Source: an uncultured Phycisphaerales bacterium | Lineage (GTDB): Bacteria > Planctomycetota > Phycisphaerae > Phycisphaerales > SM1A02 | Length of the DNA stretch: 44,770 bases | NCBI GenBank assembly: GCA_965651255.1 | Contig: CBFGRU010000001.1 | Span: forward strand, 1-44,770 | Reading direction: 5' to 3' | Shown: piece after piece, positions 1-8,928 of the stretch | Position numbering within the stretch: the stretch's first letter is position 1 | Layout of the letters: each line of letters begins with the position of its first letter | Notes under the pieces: generated by a model | What the model was told of the DNA's origin: nothing | Databases searched by the model: none | What the model saw: only the letters and a program-made list of their open reading frames with translations | Translations under genes and position numbers: made by a program

Positions 1-58
1 GACGGCGGGTTGCGGCGGGGACCAGATCCCAGAGTGTGGCTTGCGAGGTGGACAGGAT

Positions 59-1000
59 TCAATCTCCCGTGTGCATGGCGGGCGGCGCAGAGGGTGAGAG
101 TCGATCGCCCGGCTGGACGGCGTGGCCATGCCGAAAGGCGGTGAAGGTCATGCTCTTGCCGCCGGCGGGCTGAACGGAAAGCAGTCGCAGCCGGCCGTTG
201 CCACAGGCAATGGTGCCATCGTCAAGAATCGTTCCGGGTTCAGCGGCGGTGGTTTCATCAATCGCCTCGACACGCAGAATCTTGAGGGGTGTATTGCCGA
301 GGACAACGGTGCAGCCGGGCCAGGGATTGAGGCCGTGAATGCGGGCGCGAATCTGCTGGGCGGGGAGCGTGAAGTCGATGATGCCATCGGCCCGGGTGAG
401 TTTCGGCGCACGGGTGGCGGCGGAGTGATCCTGTGCGACGGGTTGCAGCGCGTTCTTGGCATGCTGCTGAAGGACTTCGAGGGTTGGCGCAGCGCCGAGT
501 TCGGCGAGTCGATCGTGCAGTTCACCGGCCGTTTCGTGGGTGCGGATGGGCGTCGCGCGCTGCATGAGGATCTCGCCGGCATCCATGCGTGGTGCCAGCG
601 TGATGATGCTGACGCCGGTTTTCTCATCGCCGTTGATCATCGCCCAGTTGATTGGTGCAGCTCCTCGGTACCGCGGAAGGAGCGAGGCGTGCAGGTTGAT
701 GGCGAATTGGTCAGCGAGCAGCTCGGGGCCGAGTTTCTGGCCGAAGGCGATCACTACGAACGCATCGGCGCGGAAGGATCTGATCTCGCGCACGACCGAA
801 GGGTCGTTGACATCTTCGGGTTTGATCGACGGAATCCCGAGCTTTTCCGCGATGGCTGCGATGGGCGTGGGTGAGAGTTTCTGCCTGCGGCCGGCGGGTC
901 GGTCGGGTTGGGTGACGACGAGGATGATTTCGTGAATCTCACGCAGGGCGCGAAAGGTCGGCTCACCGAACGCGCCGCTGCCGAAGAAAACAATTCGCAT
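59..1000 (-). CDS. fmt: Methionyl-tRNA formyltransferase
   Basis: 313-aa ORF with ATG at 1000. The N-terminus MRIVFFGSGAFG and overall layout are typical of Fmt. It lies 6 nt downstream of def, the classic def-fmt pair. Confidence 0.93.
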   Translation of the reverse strand: MRIVFFGSGAFGEPTFRALREIHEIILVVTQPDRPAGRRQKLSPTPIAAIAEKLGIPSIKPEDVNDPSVVREIRSFRADAFVVIAFGQKLGPELLADQFAINLHASLLPRYRGAAPINWAMINGDEKTGVSIITLAPRMDAGEILMQRATPIRTHETAGELHDRLAELGAAPTLEVLQQHAKNALQPVAQDHSAATRAPKLTRADGIIDFTLPAQQIRARIHGLNPWPGCTVVLGNTPLKILRVEAIDETTAAEPGTILDDGTIACGNGRLRLLSVQPAGGKSMTFTAFRHGHAVQPGDRLSPSAPPAMHTGD

Positions 1001-1006
1001 CGGGCT

Positions 1007-1528
1007 TTACCCCCCCTGCCCGGCGGCTTCAAGATCGCGCACCGCGCGTCGATTGGCAAGTCGATCGCGCATGTTCATCTTGTCAATGATGAGGACGCCG
1101 TTGAGGTGATCGAACTCGTGCTGCCAGACGCGCGCGGTCAGTTCCTCACCTTGGAGAGTAAAGGGTTGCCCATCCAGATCGAGGGCATGAATGGTGACCG
1201 CCCGTGGACGGCGAATCTCTCCGCGAATGCCGGGCAAACTGAGGCAGCCCTCTTCGCTGAGGTCGAACTCCTCGGCGTATGCCGATAACTCGGGGTTGAT
1301 AAAGACCATGGCGGGCTGGGTCTGGTGTGCATCAACGACAAACAGGCGAATGGAAAGTCCGACCTGCGGTGCCGCAAGCCCGATTCCTTCCGCATCGTGC
1401 ATGAGATCGAACATCCGCTCCGCCACCTGGCGGAGATTCTGATCGAATTTCTCCACCGGGCGGGCCTTCTGTCGAAGGACCGGGTGGGGAAAGTTCAGGA
1501 TGCGCAATCGGTCGGGGTCGATCATCAT
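1007..1528 (-). CDS. def: Peptide deformylase
   Basis: 173 aa. Deformylase motifs EGCLSLPG and HEFDHLNG (HExxH metal site) are present. Confidence 0.95.
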   Translation of the reverse strand: MMIDPDRLRILNFPHPVLRQKARPVEKFDQNLRQVAERMFDLMHDAEGIGLAAPQVGLSIRLFVVDAHQTQPAMVFINPELSAYAEEFDLSEEGCLSLPGIRGEIRRPRAVTIHALDLDGQPFTLQGEELTARVWQHEFDHLNGVLIIDKMNMRDRLANRRAVRDLEAAGQGG

Positions 1529-1741
1529 CAGGAGTATGCTAAGCCCCGCTGGATGCGGCTGCCAACCGTGCCGATCAAGGGATGACGGGGATGGGAGTTT
1601 CCTGCTAGACTCTCATCTTTGCGACGGTCGGCGTCGCGGGCGGAATCGGAAGGAATCGACCCCGCTCGCATCATCACTCATCGGCAAGAGCGGATCGAGT
1701 CGAACGGTACGGCTTGCCATAACAGACAAGGTGGTCCTCAC

Positions 1742-3280
1742 GTGGCGTTGTTCGGCTGGCGAAAGTCGAAGGAAGATGAGGCATCTCCGGCAAACGGAGA
1801 AGCCGCAAACGGCGAGAACGGTGCATCGAACGGCGCCGGCGAGGAAGGTGTCTACCAACCGGACTCTGCCAAGGCGCGCAAATGGTTTGCGCACGCCCGC
1901 ACGGCGGCGGAATCGTCGAACGAGGAGTATGCACTCTGGTGTTACGCCAATGGCATCCGGTTTGACCCGGAAGAAATGGCGCCGCACGAAGAGATGTATG
2001 CCGCCGCGGTTCGGTTCATGAGCAAGGGCGGAAAGTCTGCACCATCACGCGAGGTGCGCAAACTGGATGGATCGCACCCGGTTGAGCACTTTGCCGCGGC
2101 AGAATTCGCGTGGATGCGTGACCTGAAGAACGCGACGGCAGCGCTCCGGGCGCTGGATGCAGCAGGCAAAGCGGAACAGAACGAGTTCGGCCGGTGGATG
2201 GCGCCGAAAGTGGTGAACATCCTCCGTCAGCAGAAGAAGCCCTCGAAGAGTGACTTCCTGAAGGCCATGAAGCTGATGGGCGCCGTTGCCGCGTGGGATC
2301 ATGCGATTCAATGCGGTGAGATCGCACTGTCGCTGGATCCGACGGATGGTGAACTGCAGGCGGAGCTGAAGAACTTCGCTGCCCAGCGCGCGATGGATCA
2401 GGGGGGATACTCGACCGCCGCCGGTGAGGAAGGCGGCTACCGGAAGTTCATCCGCGATGCGGACAAGCAGCGGGAACTGGAAGAATCCGAATCGATTTCC
2501 GGCTCGGCGAGCGTGGAAGAACGGAACCTCGCGCGGGCCAAGGCGGAGTACGAAGCGAATCCGATCATTCCTGACCTCATCAACAAGTATGCCGTGCAGT
2601 TGCGCAAGCAGAGCACACCCGAGGCAGAGGATGAAGCGTATCGCGTGCTGATGCAGGGGTACGACGATACGAAGGAGTACCGATTCCGCGCTGCCGCGGG
2701 TGACATCCAGATTCTGCGTGCGGAACGGCGCGTGGCGGCGCTGGAGTCCCGGGCGGCGGATGCACCGGATGATGCCGAACTTCAGGAATCACTCAGCCGC
2801 GCGCAGCAGGAGCTGCTCGCGCTGAAGGCCGAAGAGTTCGCAGCGCGGGTCGCCAAGTATCCGACCGACCGTCGCCTGAAGTACCAGACGGGTGAGGTGA
2901 TGTTTGCCCTCGGCCGCGTTGAAGAGGCCATGGCCAACTTCCAGGCGGCGAAGGAGGATCCTAAATTGCGCGTTGTCGCCGGTCACATGCTTGGCCTGTG
3001 CTTTGAGAAGGACGGCTGGCATGATGTGGCGATTGGTGAGTTCAAGGAAGCCCTTGAAAACGTCGATGCAACGAACCGCGAGCGTGAGCTCGATATCCGC
3101 TATGACCTGATGGTCGCGCTGATCAATCACGCGCGCAAAGATGAATCGATTGAGCACGCAAAGGAAGCGCTGGAAATCTGCTCATCCATCGCGCGAAAGA
3201 ACATCACGTACCGCGACATTCGAGTCCGCCGGAAAGAAATCGATACCTTGACCCGCGAGTTGAGTGGTGAAGGTTCGTGA
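1742..3280 (+). CDS. Hypothetical protein, helical-repeat (TPR-like) C-terminal half
   Basis: The ORF is open from TTG 1619. I prefer GTG 1742 because AAGGTGG (1728-1734) lies 7 nt upstream. It has an Asn/Gly/Glu-rich N-terminal region followed by long helical repeats. No specific family recognised. Confidence 0.6.
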   Translation: MALFGWRKSKEDEASPANGEAANGENGASNGAGEEGVYQPDSAKARKWFAHARTAAESSNEEYALWCYANGIRFDPEEMAPHEEMYAAAVRFMSKGGKSAPSREVRKLDGSHPVEHFAAAEFAWMRDLKNATAALRALDAAGKAEQNEFGRWMAPKVVNILRQQKKPSKSDFLKAMKLMGAVAAWDHAIQCGEIALSLDPTDGELQAELKNFAAQRAMDQGGYSTAAGEEGGYRKFIRDADKQRELEESESISGSASVEERNLARAKAEYEANPIIPDLINKYAVQLRKQSTPEAEDEAYRVLMQGYDDTKEYRFRAAAGDIQILRAERRVAALESRAADAPDDAELQESLSRAQQELLALKAEEFAARVAKYPTDRRLKYQTGEVMFALGRVEEAMANFQAAKEDPKLRVVAGHMLGLCFEKDGWHDVAIGEFKEALENVDATNRERELDIRYDLMVALINHARKDESIEHAKEALEICSSIARKNITYRDIRVRRKEIDTLTRELSGEGS

Positions 3281-3331
3281 ACTCTTCATTCATGGGCGAT
3301 TGACCCGGCGATTGGTGTGGAAAACTGATTG

Positions 3332-4063
3332 ATGCACGTCGTCGCGGTTATTCCGGCGCGTTTCGGTTCGACCCGCTTTCCCGGCAAGATGTTGGCTGAC
3401 CGGACCGGCAAGCCGCTTGTTCAGCATGTTTATGAACGGGCAGCCCAGGCGAAACGAGTCGATCGGGTTCTGGTGGCGACCGATGACGAGCGCATCGCCC
3501 AAGCGGTGCGCGGCTTTGGCGGTGAGGTCATGATGACGCGCACCGACCATCCGAACGGCACATCGCGCATCGCGGAAGTGGCGGAGACGGTGGTCGCGCC
3601 GATCATGGTGAATGTTCAGGGAGATGAACCGGAACTGGACCCGACACTCATCGACGATGCCGTCGCCGCGTTGGAAAACGATCCTGATTCGCCGGTTTCG
3701 ACCATCGCCTCCCCGTTTGCATCAGATGAGAACCCCACGGATCCGAACATCGTCAAGGTGGTGCGTGATGTGCGCGGCCGGGCACTGTATTTCAGCCGCG
3801 CGTTGATTCCGCACGACCGGGACGGTACCGGGCAGACGATGCCACTCAAGCACGTCGGGCTGTATGTCTACCGCCGTAAATTTCTATTCGAGTACAGCGC
3901 GCTCCGCATGACACCGCTGGAAGAGGCGGAGCGGCTGGAACAGTTGCGCATTCTTGAGCACGGCCGCACCATTGCCGTTGCCGTCCGCGAAGCGCACCAC
4001 CACGGTATCGACACGCCTGAGCAGTACGATGCGTTCGTGATGCGATCGCAACTGCGGCCCTGA
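3332..4063 (+). CDS. kdsB: 3-deoxy-manno-octulosonate cytidylyltransferase (CMP-KDO synthetase)
   Basis: MHVVAVIPARFGSTRFPGKMLADRTGKPL is the characteristic KdsB N-terminus. The track ORF starts at TTG 3329; an ATG follows at 3332. Confidence 0.9.
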   Translation: MHVVAVIPARFGSTRFPGKMLADRTGKPLVQHVYERAAQAKRVDRVLVATDDERIAQAVRGFGGEVMMTRTDHPNGTSRIAEVAETVVAPIMVNVQGDEPELDPTLIDDAVAALENDPDSPVSTIASPFASDENPTDPNIVKVVRDVRGRALYFSRALIPHDRDGTGQTMPLKHVGLYVYRRKFLFEYSALRMTPLEEAERLEQLRILEHGRTIAVAVREAHHHGIDTPEQYDAFVMRSQLRP

Positions 4064-4085
4064 ATCGCACGGCCATGTCGAGTAT

Positions 4086-4466
4086 TCACGTACCGATTGC
4101 AGAACCGTCGGAATCGCGATCGCTCCAGACTGCGAGCACGTTTCCTTCGGTATCTTCGAAGTGGAAGCGCCGCCCGCCGGGAAAGTGGAACGTCGGCTCG
4201 ATGATCTTTCCGCCGCGTGCTTCGACCGCGTGATGCAGGGATTCCAGGTCGTGGGCGTAAATGATGACCAGCGGGCCGCCGTGGGCCACACGATCAGACG
4301 GTCGCAGCCCACCTGCGAGTCGCCCATCCTCGAACGAAGCGTATTCGGCCCCCCAGTCCTGAAAAGTCCATCCGAAGACGCCGGAGTAGAACTCCTTCGC
4401 GCGTGGCAGGTCGGTCGCCGGCAATTCGATGTAATCGATTCGTCGGTCGTGTTCCGCTCGTGACAT
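4086..4466 (-). CDS. VOC/glyoxalase-family protein
   Basis: Track ORF 4086..4631 trimmed to the internal ATG at 4466. From there, MSRAEHDRRIDYIELPATDLPRAKEFYSGVFGW reads as a glyoxalase/bleomycin-resistance fold of about 126 aa. Confidence 0.75.
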   Translation of the reverse strand: MSRAEHDRRIDYIELPATDLPRAKEFYSGVFGWTFQDWGAEYASFEDGRLAGGLRPSDRVAHGGPLVIIYAHDLESLHHAVEARGGKIIEPTFHFPGGRRFHFEDTEGNVLAVWSDRDSDGSAIGT

Positions 4467-4672
4467 CGTGCTTTTCCTCCGCGTTGACTGGGGAATCCCG
4501 ATTGGCGGGCTGCTCGGCAGGGTGCCGTCGCCATGATACCAAAGCCGGATGATGTGGTAAGTCCGTCGGTCGAGCGACCGTTTTTGCCCGAATGTGGGCG
4601 AATTGTCACACGATCGCGTACCCGGAGTCATCTGACAATTGCCGCCGTCGCGCGCGAGTGGTATTGTCTGCT

Positions 4673-6604
4673 ATGCCCAGCCAAGAAGACGCCCGTTCGT
4701 CGATGCCGGACTTGCACGCGACCGCCCGCGAGGCCATGATCGCCGCCGGTAAGAGTCAGGAGACAACGGAGTTCTACTCCCCGGTTCCAGCCGGTTACGA
4801 GAAAGGTCGGCACAAGTATGTCGCGGTCTTCGGAACGGTCATGTCCGGGCTTGGCAAGGGCATTTTCAATTCTTCGCTGGCGAAGTTGATCAAAGACAAG
4901 GGCCTCACTGTCGCACCGATCAAGATGGAGGGGTACCTGAACATCGATTCAGGGACGCTCAATCCCTACCGCCACGGCGAAGTGTTCGTGCTCGATGATG
5001 GTACTGAATGCGACATGGACCTCGGCACGTACGAGCGCATGCTCGATCAGAACCTTTCCCGACAGAACTTCGTCACCAGCGGACAGATCTACACCACCGT
5101 TCTCGAACGCGAACGCAAAGGTGGCTATCTCGGCCGCGATGTGCAGATGATTCCACATGTGACCGGCGAGGTGAAGTTTCGGCTGCGGCAACTGGCGATG
5201 ACCGGCGGCCCGGGCGGAAAGCCGACGGATGTGGTTTTCGTTGAGGTCGGCGGCACGGTGGGCGATTATGAGAACGGTTTCTACATCGAAGCGCTGCGAG
5301 AACTTGCGTTTGAAGAAGGGCCGGACAGCGTCTGCTTCGTGGCTCTGACGTACGTGCTCGAACCGGTCATTCTGGGTGAGCAGAAATCAAAGGCCGCCCA
5401 ACTGGGCATCAAACGGCTGATGGAAGCGGGTATTCAGCCCCATCTCGTCGCCTGCCGAGCGCACAACCCGGTGACCGAGTCCGTCAGGCAGAAGATCGCG
5501 ATGTTCTCCAACGTCCCGATGAACCGTGTCTTTTCGATGCATGACCGCGATTCGGTGTACACGATTCCCGAGTCAATCTGGTCCGAAGGGCTCGACCGCG
5601 AAGTCCTGACGATTCTGAATCTTCACAATCGCGTGAATCCGGTGAAGGAGGATCAGGCGCGGCGGCGATGGTCGGAGTTTACAAGTAAGATCAACGCCAA
5701 GCGCGAACGTGCCGTCACAATTGGCATCACCGGCAAGTATGCTGCGTTGCGTGATGCGTATGCATCGATCGAGAAAGCCATCGAACATGCTTCGACTCAT
5801 CTCAACGCAGCGGTGTCAGTAAAGTGGATCGATACCAGCGAAGTGTCGCGCGAGAACGTGGCTGAGCAACTTGGCGGAGGTGAGATTCACGGTGTGATTG
5901 TCCCCGGAGGATTCGGCCAGCGCGGCGTCGAGGGCAAGATTGCCTGTGTTGAATTCGTTCGAAAGCACGGAATTCCGTACTTGGGTATCTGCCTCGGCTT
6001 CCAGGTGGCCGTGATCGAGTATGCGCGCAATGTGCTGGGCCTTGCCCATGCAAACTCCACGGAGTTCGATGCGGACTGCGCAGAACCCGTGATCAGCGAA
6101 TTGCCCGAACAGAAGAAGATTGAAGGACTCGGTGGCTCGATGCGCCTGGGAGCACAGGATGTTCAACTGACGCCGAACACATTGGCACATGCACTCTTTG
6201 ATGGCAAGTCAAGTGTGCGCGAGCGATTCCGCCATCGGTACGAAGTTGATCCGGCCTACATTGAACGGCTGCAGGATGCAGGCATGATCTTTTCGGGTCG
6301 TCATCCGAAGCAACCGATCATGCAGGTCCTGGAGCTTCCGGCCGAGACTCACCCGTTCTTCATCGGCGGGCAGTTCCATCCGGAATTGACGAGTCGTCCG
6401 CTCTCTCCACAACCGATGTTCATGGGGTTCATTGCTGCAACCATGCAATTTGCCGATCCGGATGCCCCGCGCAAAGCAATCTCCGAGCGTTGGCTACGCC
6501 CGGCAACGCCATCTGGTGGCTCGACTCGCACCATCTCGCCGGGAGGCAGTAACACGCCGGGCAACCCCTTTGCATCGGCCAGCCGCGCCTCGGCTCGTGC
6601 TTGA
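4673..6604 (+). CDS. pyrG: CTP synthase (glutamine-hydrolysing), atypical N- and C-terminal extensions
   Basis: Synthetase region GTVMSGLGKG...GYLNIDSGTLNPYRHGEVFVLDDG...DLGTYERML. GATase region GICLGFQ (catalytic Cys) and HRYEV. Start is uncertain: ATGs at 4592, 4673 and 4703. Confidence 0.88.
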   Translation: MPSQEDARSSMPDLHATAREAMIAAGKSQETTEFYSPVPAGYEKGRHKYVAVFGTVMSGLGKGIFNSSLAKLIKDKGLTVAPIKMEGYLNIDSGTLNPYRHGEVFVLDDGTECDMDLGTYERMLDQNLSRQNFVTSGQIYTTVLERERKGGYLGRDVQMIPHVTGEVKFRLRQLAMTGGPGGKPTDVVFVEVGGTVGDYENGFYIEALRELAFEEGPDSVCFVALTYVLEPVILGEQKSKAAQLGIKRLMEAGIQPHLVACRAHNPVTESVRQKIAMFSNVPMNRVFSMHDRDSVYTIPESIWSEGLDREVLTILNLHNRVNPVKEDQARRRWSEFTSKINAKRERAVTIGITGKYAALRDAYASIEKAIEHASTHLNAAVSVKWIDTSEVSRENVAEQLGGGEIHGVIVPGGFGQRGVEGKIACVEFVRKHGIPYLGICLGFQVAVIEYARNVLGLAHANSTEFDADCAEPVISELPEQKKIEGLGGSMRLGAQDVQLTPNTLAHALFDGKSSVRERFRHRYEVDPAYIERLQDAGMIFSGRHPKQPIMQVLELPAETHPFFIGGQFHPELTSRPLSPQPMFMGFIAATMQFADPDAPRKAISERWLRPATPSGGSTRTISPGGSNTPGNPFASASRASARA

Positions 6605-6695
6605 GCGACCTCCGGTCGTGGGTCCGCTCAGCGTCTGATCGAATCGGCCCAACCGAACATCGCATCTTGCGTTCTGCGCAAGGGTTCAACTGAAT

Positions 6696-7460
6696 ATGCT
6701 TTCCCGCGCTGAAATCGTCGCGGCATTGAGTTCCGCGCTGCACTCCTGTCCACACGTTCACGCTTGCTGGCTGGGTGGAAGCGACGCTACCGGCCGTACT
6801 GATGAGTTGTCGGATATCGACCTCCTCGCCCTGGCCGATGATGATCGTGTCGAGGATACTTTGGCCGTTGTGGAGCGAACGCTGCACGCTCTTTCTCCGG
6901 TCGCGGCGACCTATCGCGTGCCAGAGCCAACGTGGCACGGCCACTCGCAGGTCTTCATCCGACTCGAACGGGCATCCCCTTTCCATCTCATTGACTTCTG
7001 CGCAATGAAGCTGTCGAGCGATTCGCGCTTTCTCGAGCCCGAGCGCCACGGCAAGGCCATGATCCTGTTCGATCGCGGTGATCATCTCGCGCCAGTCGCG
7101 CTCGACTGTGCCGATCATGAGAAGCGCATCGCAGCCCGGCTCACCGACCTCCGCGCTCGGTTCACACTCTTCAGCCCGTTCGCAGAGAAAGCAGTCCGTC
7201 GCGGCGATGGGCCGGAAGCCGCCCACTGGTATTTCAACATGACTCTGCGCATGCTGATCGACCTGCTCAGGATTCGTTACTGCCCTGATCGGTTTGACTT
7301 TGGCCCGCGGTATCTCCGTGATGACCTGCCGGCGGAGTGGTTCGAGACGATCAGCCGCCTCGCGATGGCTGGCAGTCTGGAAACAATCTCTGCGAACAAC
7401 CGCGAAGCGCAGGACCACTTTGGACAACTGCTGGCTGATGTTGACTCAGCCGGTTCTTAG
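6696..7460 (+). CDS. Nucleotidyltransferase-domain protein (Pol-beta superfamily, ANT/KNTase-like)
   Basis: GGSDATGRTDELSDIDLL matches the G[GS]x9-13D[hydrophobic]D NTase signature. At 254 aa it has a helical C-terminal half like aminoglycoside/lincosamide NTases. The longer antisense ORF 6429..7427 has no motifs. Confidence 0.72.
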   Translation: MLSRAEIVAALSSALHSCPHVHACWLGGSDATGRTDELSDIDLLALADDDRVEDTLAVVERTLHALSPVAATYRVPEPTWHGHSQVFIRLERASPFHLIDFCAMKLSSDSRFLEPERHGKAMILFDRGDHLAPVALDCADHEKRIAARLTDLRARFTLFSPFAEKAVRRGDGPEAAHWYFNMTLRMLIDLLRIRYCPDRFDFGPRYLRDDLPAEWFETISRLAMAGSLETISANNREAQDHFGQLLADVDSAGS

Positions 7461-7500
7461 CCGCTCACGATCGGCGTGGCGTTGGGGTTCGTCCGATCCG

Positions 7501-7529
7501 TTGACCCTCACCCCTCCGATTTCTACACT
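7501..7529 (+). promoter_or_regulatory. Candidate sigma70-type promoter for the tRNA
   Basis: TTGACC (7501-7506), 17-nt spacer, TACACT (7524-7529), about 58 nt upstream of the tRNA 5' end. Sequence match only. Confidence 0.4.
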
Positions 7530-7587
7530 TCGCGGCATCGGATCGCCCGGCTCGATTGGGCTTGGTTGGTCAAGTGATCGCACGTCT

Positions 7588-7661
7588 GGCGACGTAGCTC
7601 AGCTGGTTAGAGCGAGGGATTCATAAACCCTAGGTCGGCGGTTCGAGTCCGCCCGTCGCCA
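7588..7661 (+). tRNA. tRNA with CAT anticodon (elongator Met type; tRNA-Ile2/lysidine not excluded)
   Basis: Manual cloverleaf. Acceptor GGCGACG/CGTCGCC plus discriminator A. D arm GCTC-AGCTGGTTA-GAGC. Anticodon arm AGGGA-TTCATAA-ACCCT with CAT at 7622-7624. T arm GGCGG-TTCGAGT-CCGCC. G1-C72 is paired, so it is not an initiator. CCA is not encoded. Confidence 0.9.
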
Positions 7662-7803
7662 CTTCTTCTTCCGCTTCCGCCAGGTCGGGAACCAAGCAGC
7701 ATTTGCGGGCCAATTGATCACGCAGCGGTGGCCGTCGTCGCGACCATGGGGAATGCTGCGCATCCTTCACGCGTTCTCTGAGAATTCGGTTTGCCCTCCA
7801 ATT

Positions 7804-7837
7804 GAAAACCGCTGACTGGATCAACCAATCAGCGGTT
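7804..7837 (-). terminator. Rho-independent terminator of the PEP-CTERM gene
   Basis: Perfect 9-bp stem AACCGCTGA (7807-7815) / TCAGCGGTT (7829-7837) with a 13-nt loop. On the minus strand it runs into UUUUCAAUU. It lies 30 nt past the stop at 7867. Confidence 0.6.
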
Positions 7838-7866
7838 GTACTTCAACTGGTTACGGCTGAATGCAA

Positions 7867-8682
7867 TCAGCGGCGCCGGCGATTGCGCGCCAATCCCGCC
7901 AGACCGAGAATGGCCAGCGCTCCCGGGGCCGGAACAAATGCCGCGGCTGAAAACGTGCCCGAGCCAGTGAACGGTGACGGGAGTGTTCCGATCTGCGAGC
8001 CGGATGCGATGTCGAATACATAGAAATTCGGCTGCGAGCCGAAGGGACCGTCCGTCACGTAGTAGGCCGTTCCGTTGTAGACAGCGAGTCCGTCGATGTC
8101 GGTCTCACCACCCGGGTATGGCGCCCGGAACGTCGTGGTCTGGTTGAACGTGTCGATCTCATACAACCCAGCGCCGCCGGCATCGGACAGTCCGTAGAGC
8201 GTACCGTTCGTGGCATCGACATCAACACCGCCGAAGTCAAACGTCGATGGATACTGATAGATCAGGTTCGCGGTCAGTGAGTTGACATCAATCTCGTACA
8301 CCGCTTCGGTGGCGATGTTGCGCGTGCCCAGCAACTTGCCATCGCGGTAACCGAGGCCGACAAAGTTCACGCTGCCGCCGTTGAAGGTCATCGATCCCAG
8401 ATTCACCGGATTCAAACCACCCATGCTGAACGTCGATGCAAACAGCGTCCCGCCGTTGTTCCAGTAAAGCGTGTTCGTGTGATGGTCGTACGCCATTCCC
8501 CACGGCTTCGCTTCCGACGTGCTTGAAGAATACAACGCGGTTGATGCGCCTGTCTGCACATCGACGTAGTAGATGGTTGCGGTTCCGCTTTGATCATTAC
8601 CAACGATCAACTGTGCGCTGGCGGTCGATGTCACCGCCCCTGCAACCGCGACTCCCAAGGCGACCTTCGTCAGACTTCTCAT
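7867..8682 (-). CDS. PEP-CTERM-anchored secreted repeat (beta-propeller-like) protein
   Basis: ATG 8682 is preceded by GAGGAGGG. Signal peptide MRSLTKVALGVAVAGAVTSTASAQ. The C-terminus VPAPGALAILGLAGLARNRRRR is a PEP-CTERM sorting signal. Internal repeats recur as LY..D / YYV.D. Confidence 0.85.
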   Translation of the reverse strand: MRSLTKVALGVAVAGAVTSTASAQLIVGNDQSGTATIYYVDVQTGASTALYSSSTSEAKPWGMAYDHHTNTLYWNNGGTLFASTFSMGGLNPVNLGSMTFNGGSVNFVGLGYRDGKLLGTRNIATEAVYEIDVNSLTANLIYQYPSTFDFGGVDVDATNGTLYGLSDAGGAGLYEIDTFNQTTTFRAPYPGGETDIDGLAVYNGTAYYVTDGPFGSQPNFYVFDIASGSQIGTLPSPFTGSGTFSAAAFVPAPGALAILGLAGLARNRRRR

Positions 8683-8928
8683 GGCAAAACCCTCCTCAAC
8701 TGCTCTGCAAATGATCGTGACCGCCACACGATGCGGATGGTCACGCCCGTCGACGCGGATCGAATCTCTCAGAGAAAGTCTCCGTACCGACTGCTTGCAC
8801 GTTTAATCGTAAGCGCGGAGGATATTGCTCCGCAAGCAGAAAACGCGAGGAGTTGTTTACATTCTGTTGGGTGAATGTGGCCATCCATCGGTGCGTTCAG
8901 GTCAACGCTCTTCGGTGACCGCAGACCT

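Noticed and set aside
122-874. 250-aa plus-strand ORF antisense to fmt. Similar long shadow ORFs occur at 3884-4609, 28009-28806, 34290-35057, 38509-39336 and 41458-42243.
   Set aside because: Each lies opposite or out of frame to a gene with a confident family assignment, and each has low-complexity Arg/Gly/Pro-rich translations. These are expected artefacts of stop-codon scarcity.
6795-6830. CUGAUGA strings suggestive of hammerhead ribozyme cores (also near 23284)
   Set aside because: The downstream sequence lacks the required stem II plus GAAA core arrangement, and both sites lie inside well-supported coding regions.
6429-7427. 332-aa minus-strand ORF antisense to the nucleotidyltransferase gene and overlapping the pyrG 3' end
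   Set aside because: It has no recognisable motif and an Arg/Ala/Pro-rich composition typical of shadow frames in GC-rich DNA. The plus-strand frame carries a clear NTase signature.
6696-7460. Nucleotidyltransferase as part of a CBASS or MNT-HEPN toxin-antitoxin defence module
   Set aside because: No effector, HEPN partner or other defence gene is adjacent; the neighbours are pyrG and a tRNA. The size and C-terminal half fit ANT/KNTase-type enzymes better than minimal MNT antitoxins.
7461-8928. tRNA-adjacent genomic island
   Set aside because: There is no integrase, no direct repeat of the tRNA 3' end downstream, and no mobility genes. The only cargo-like gene is a PEP-CTERM protein with its own terminator.
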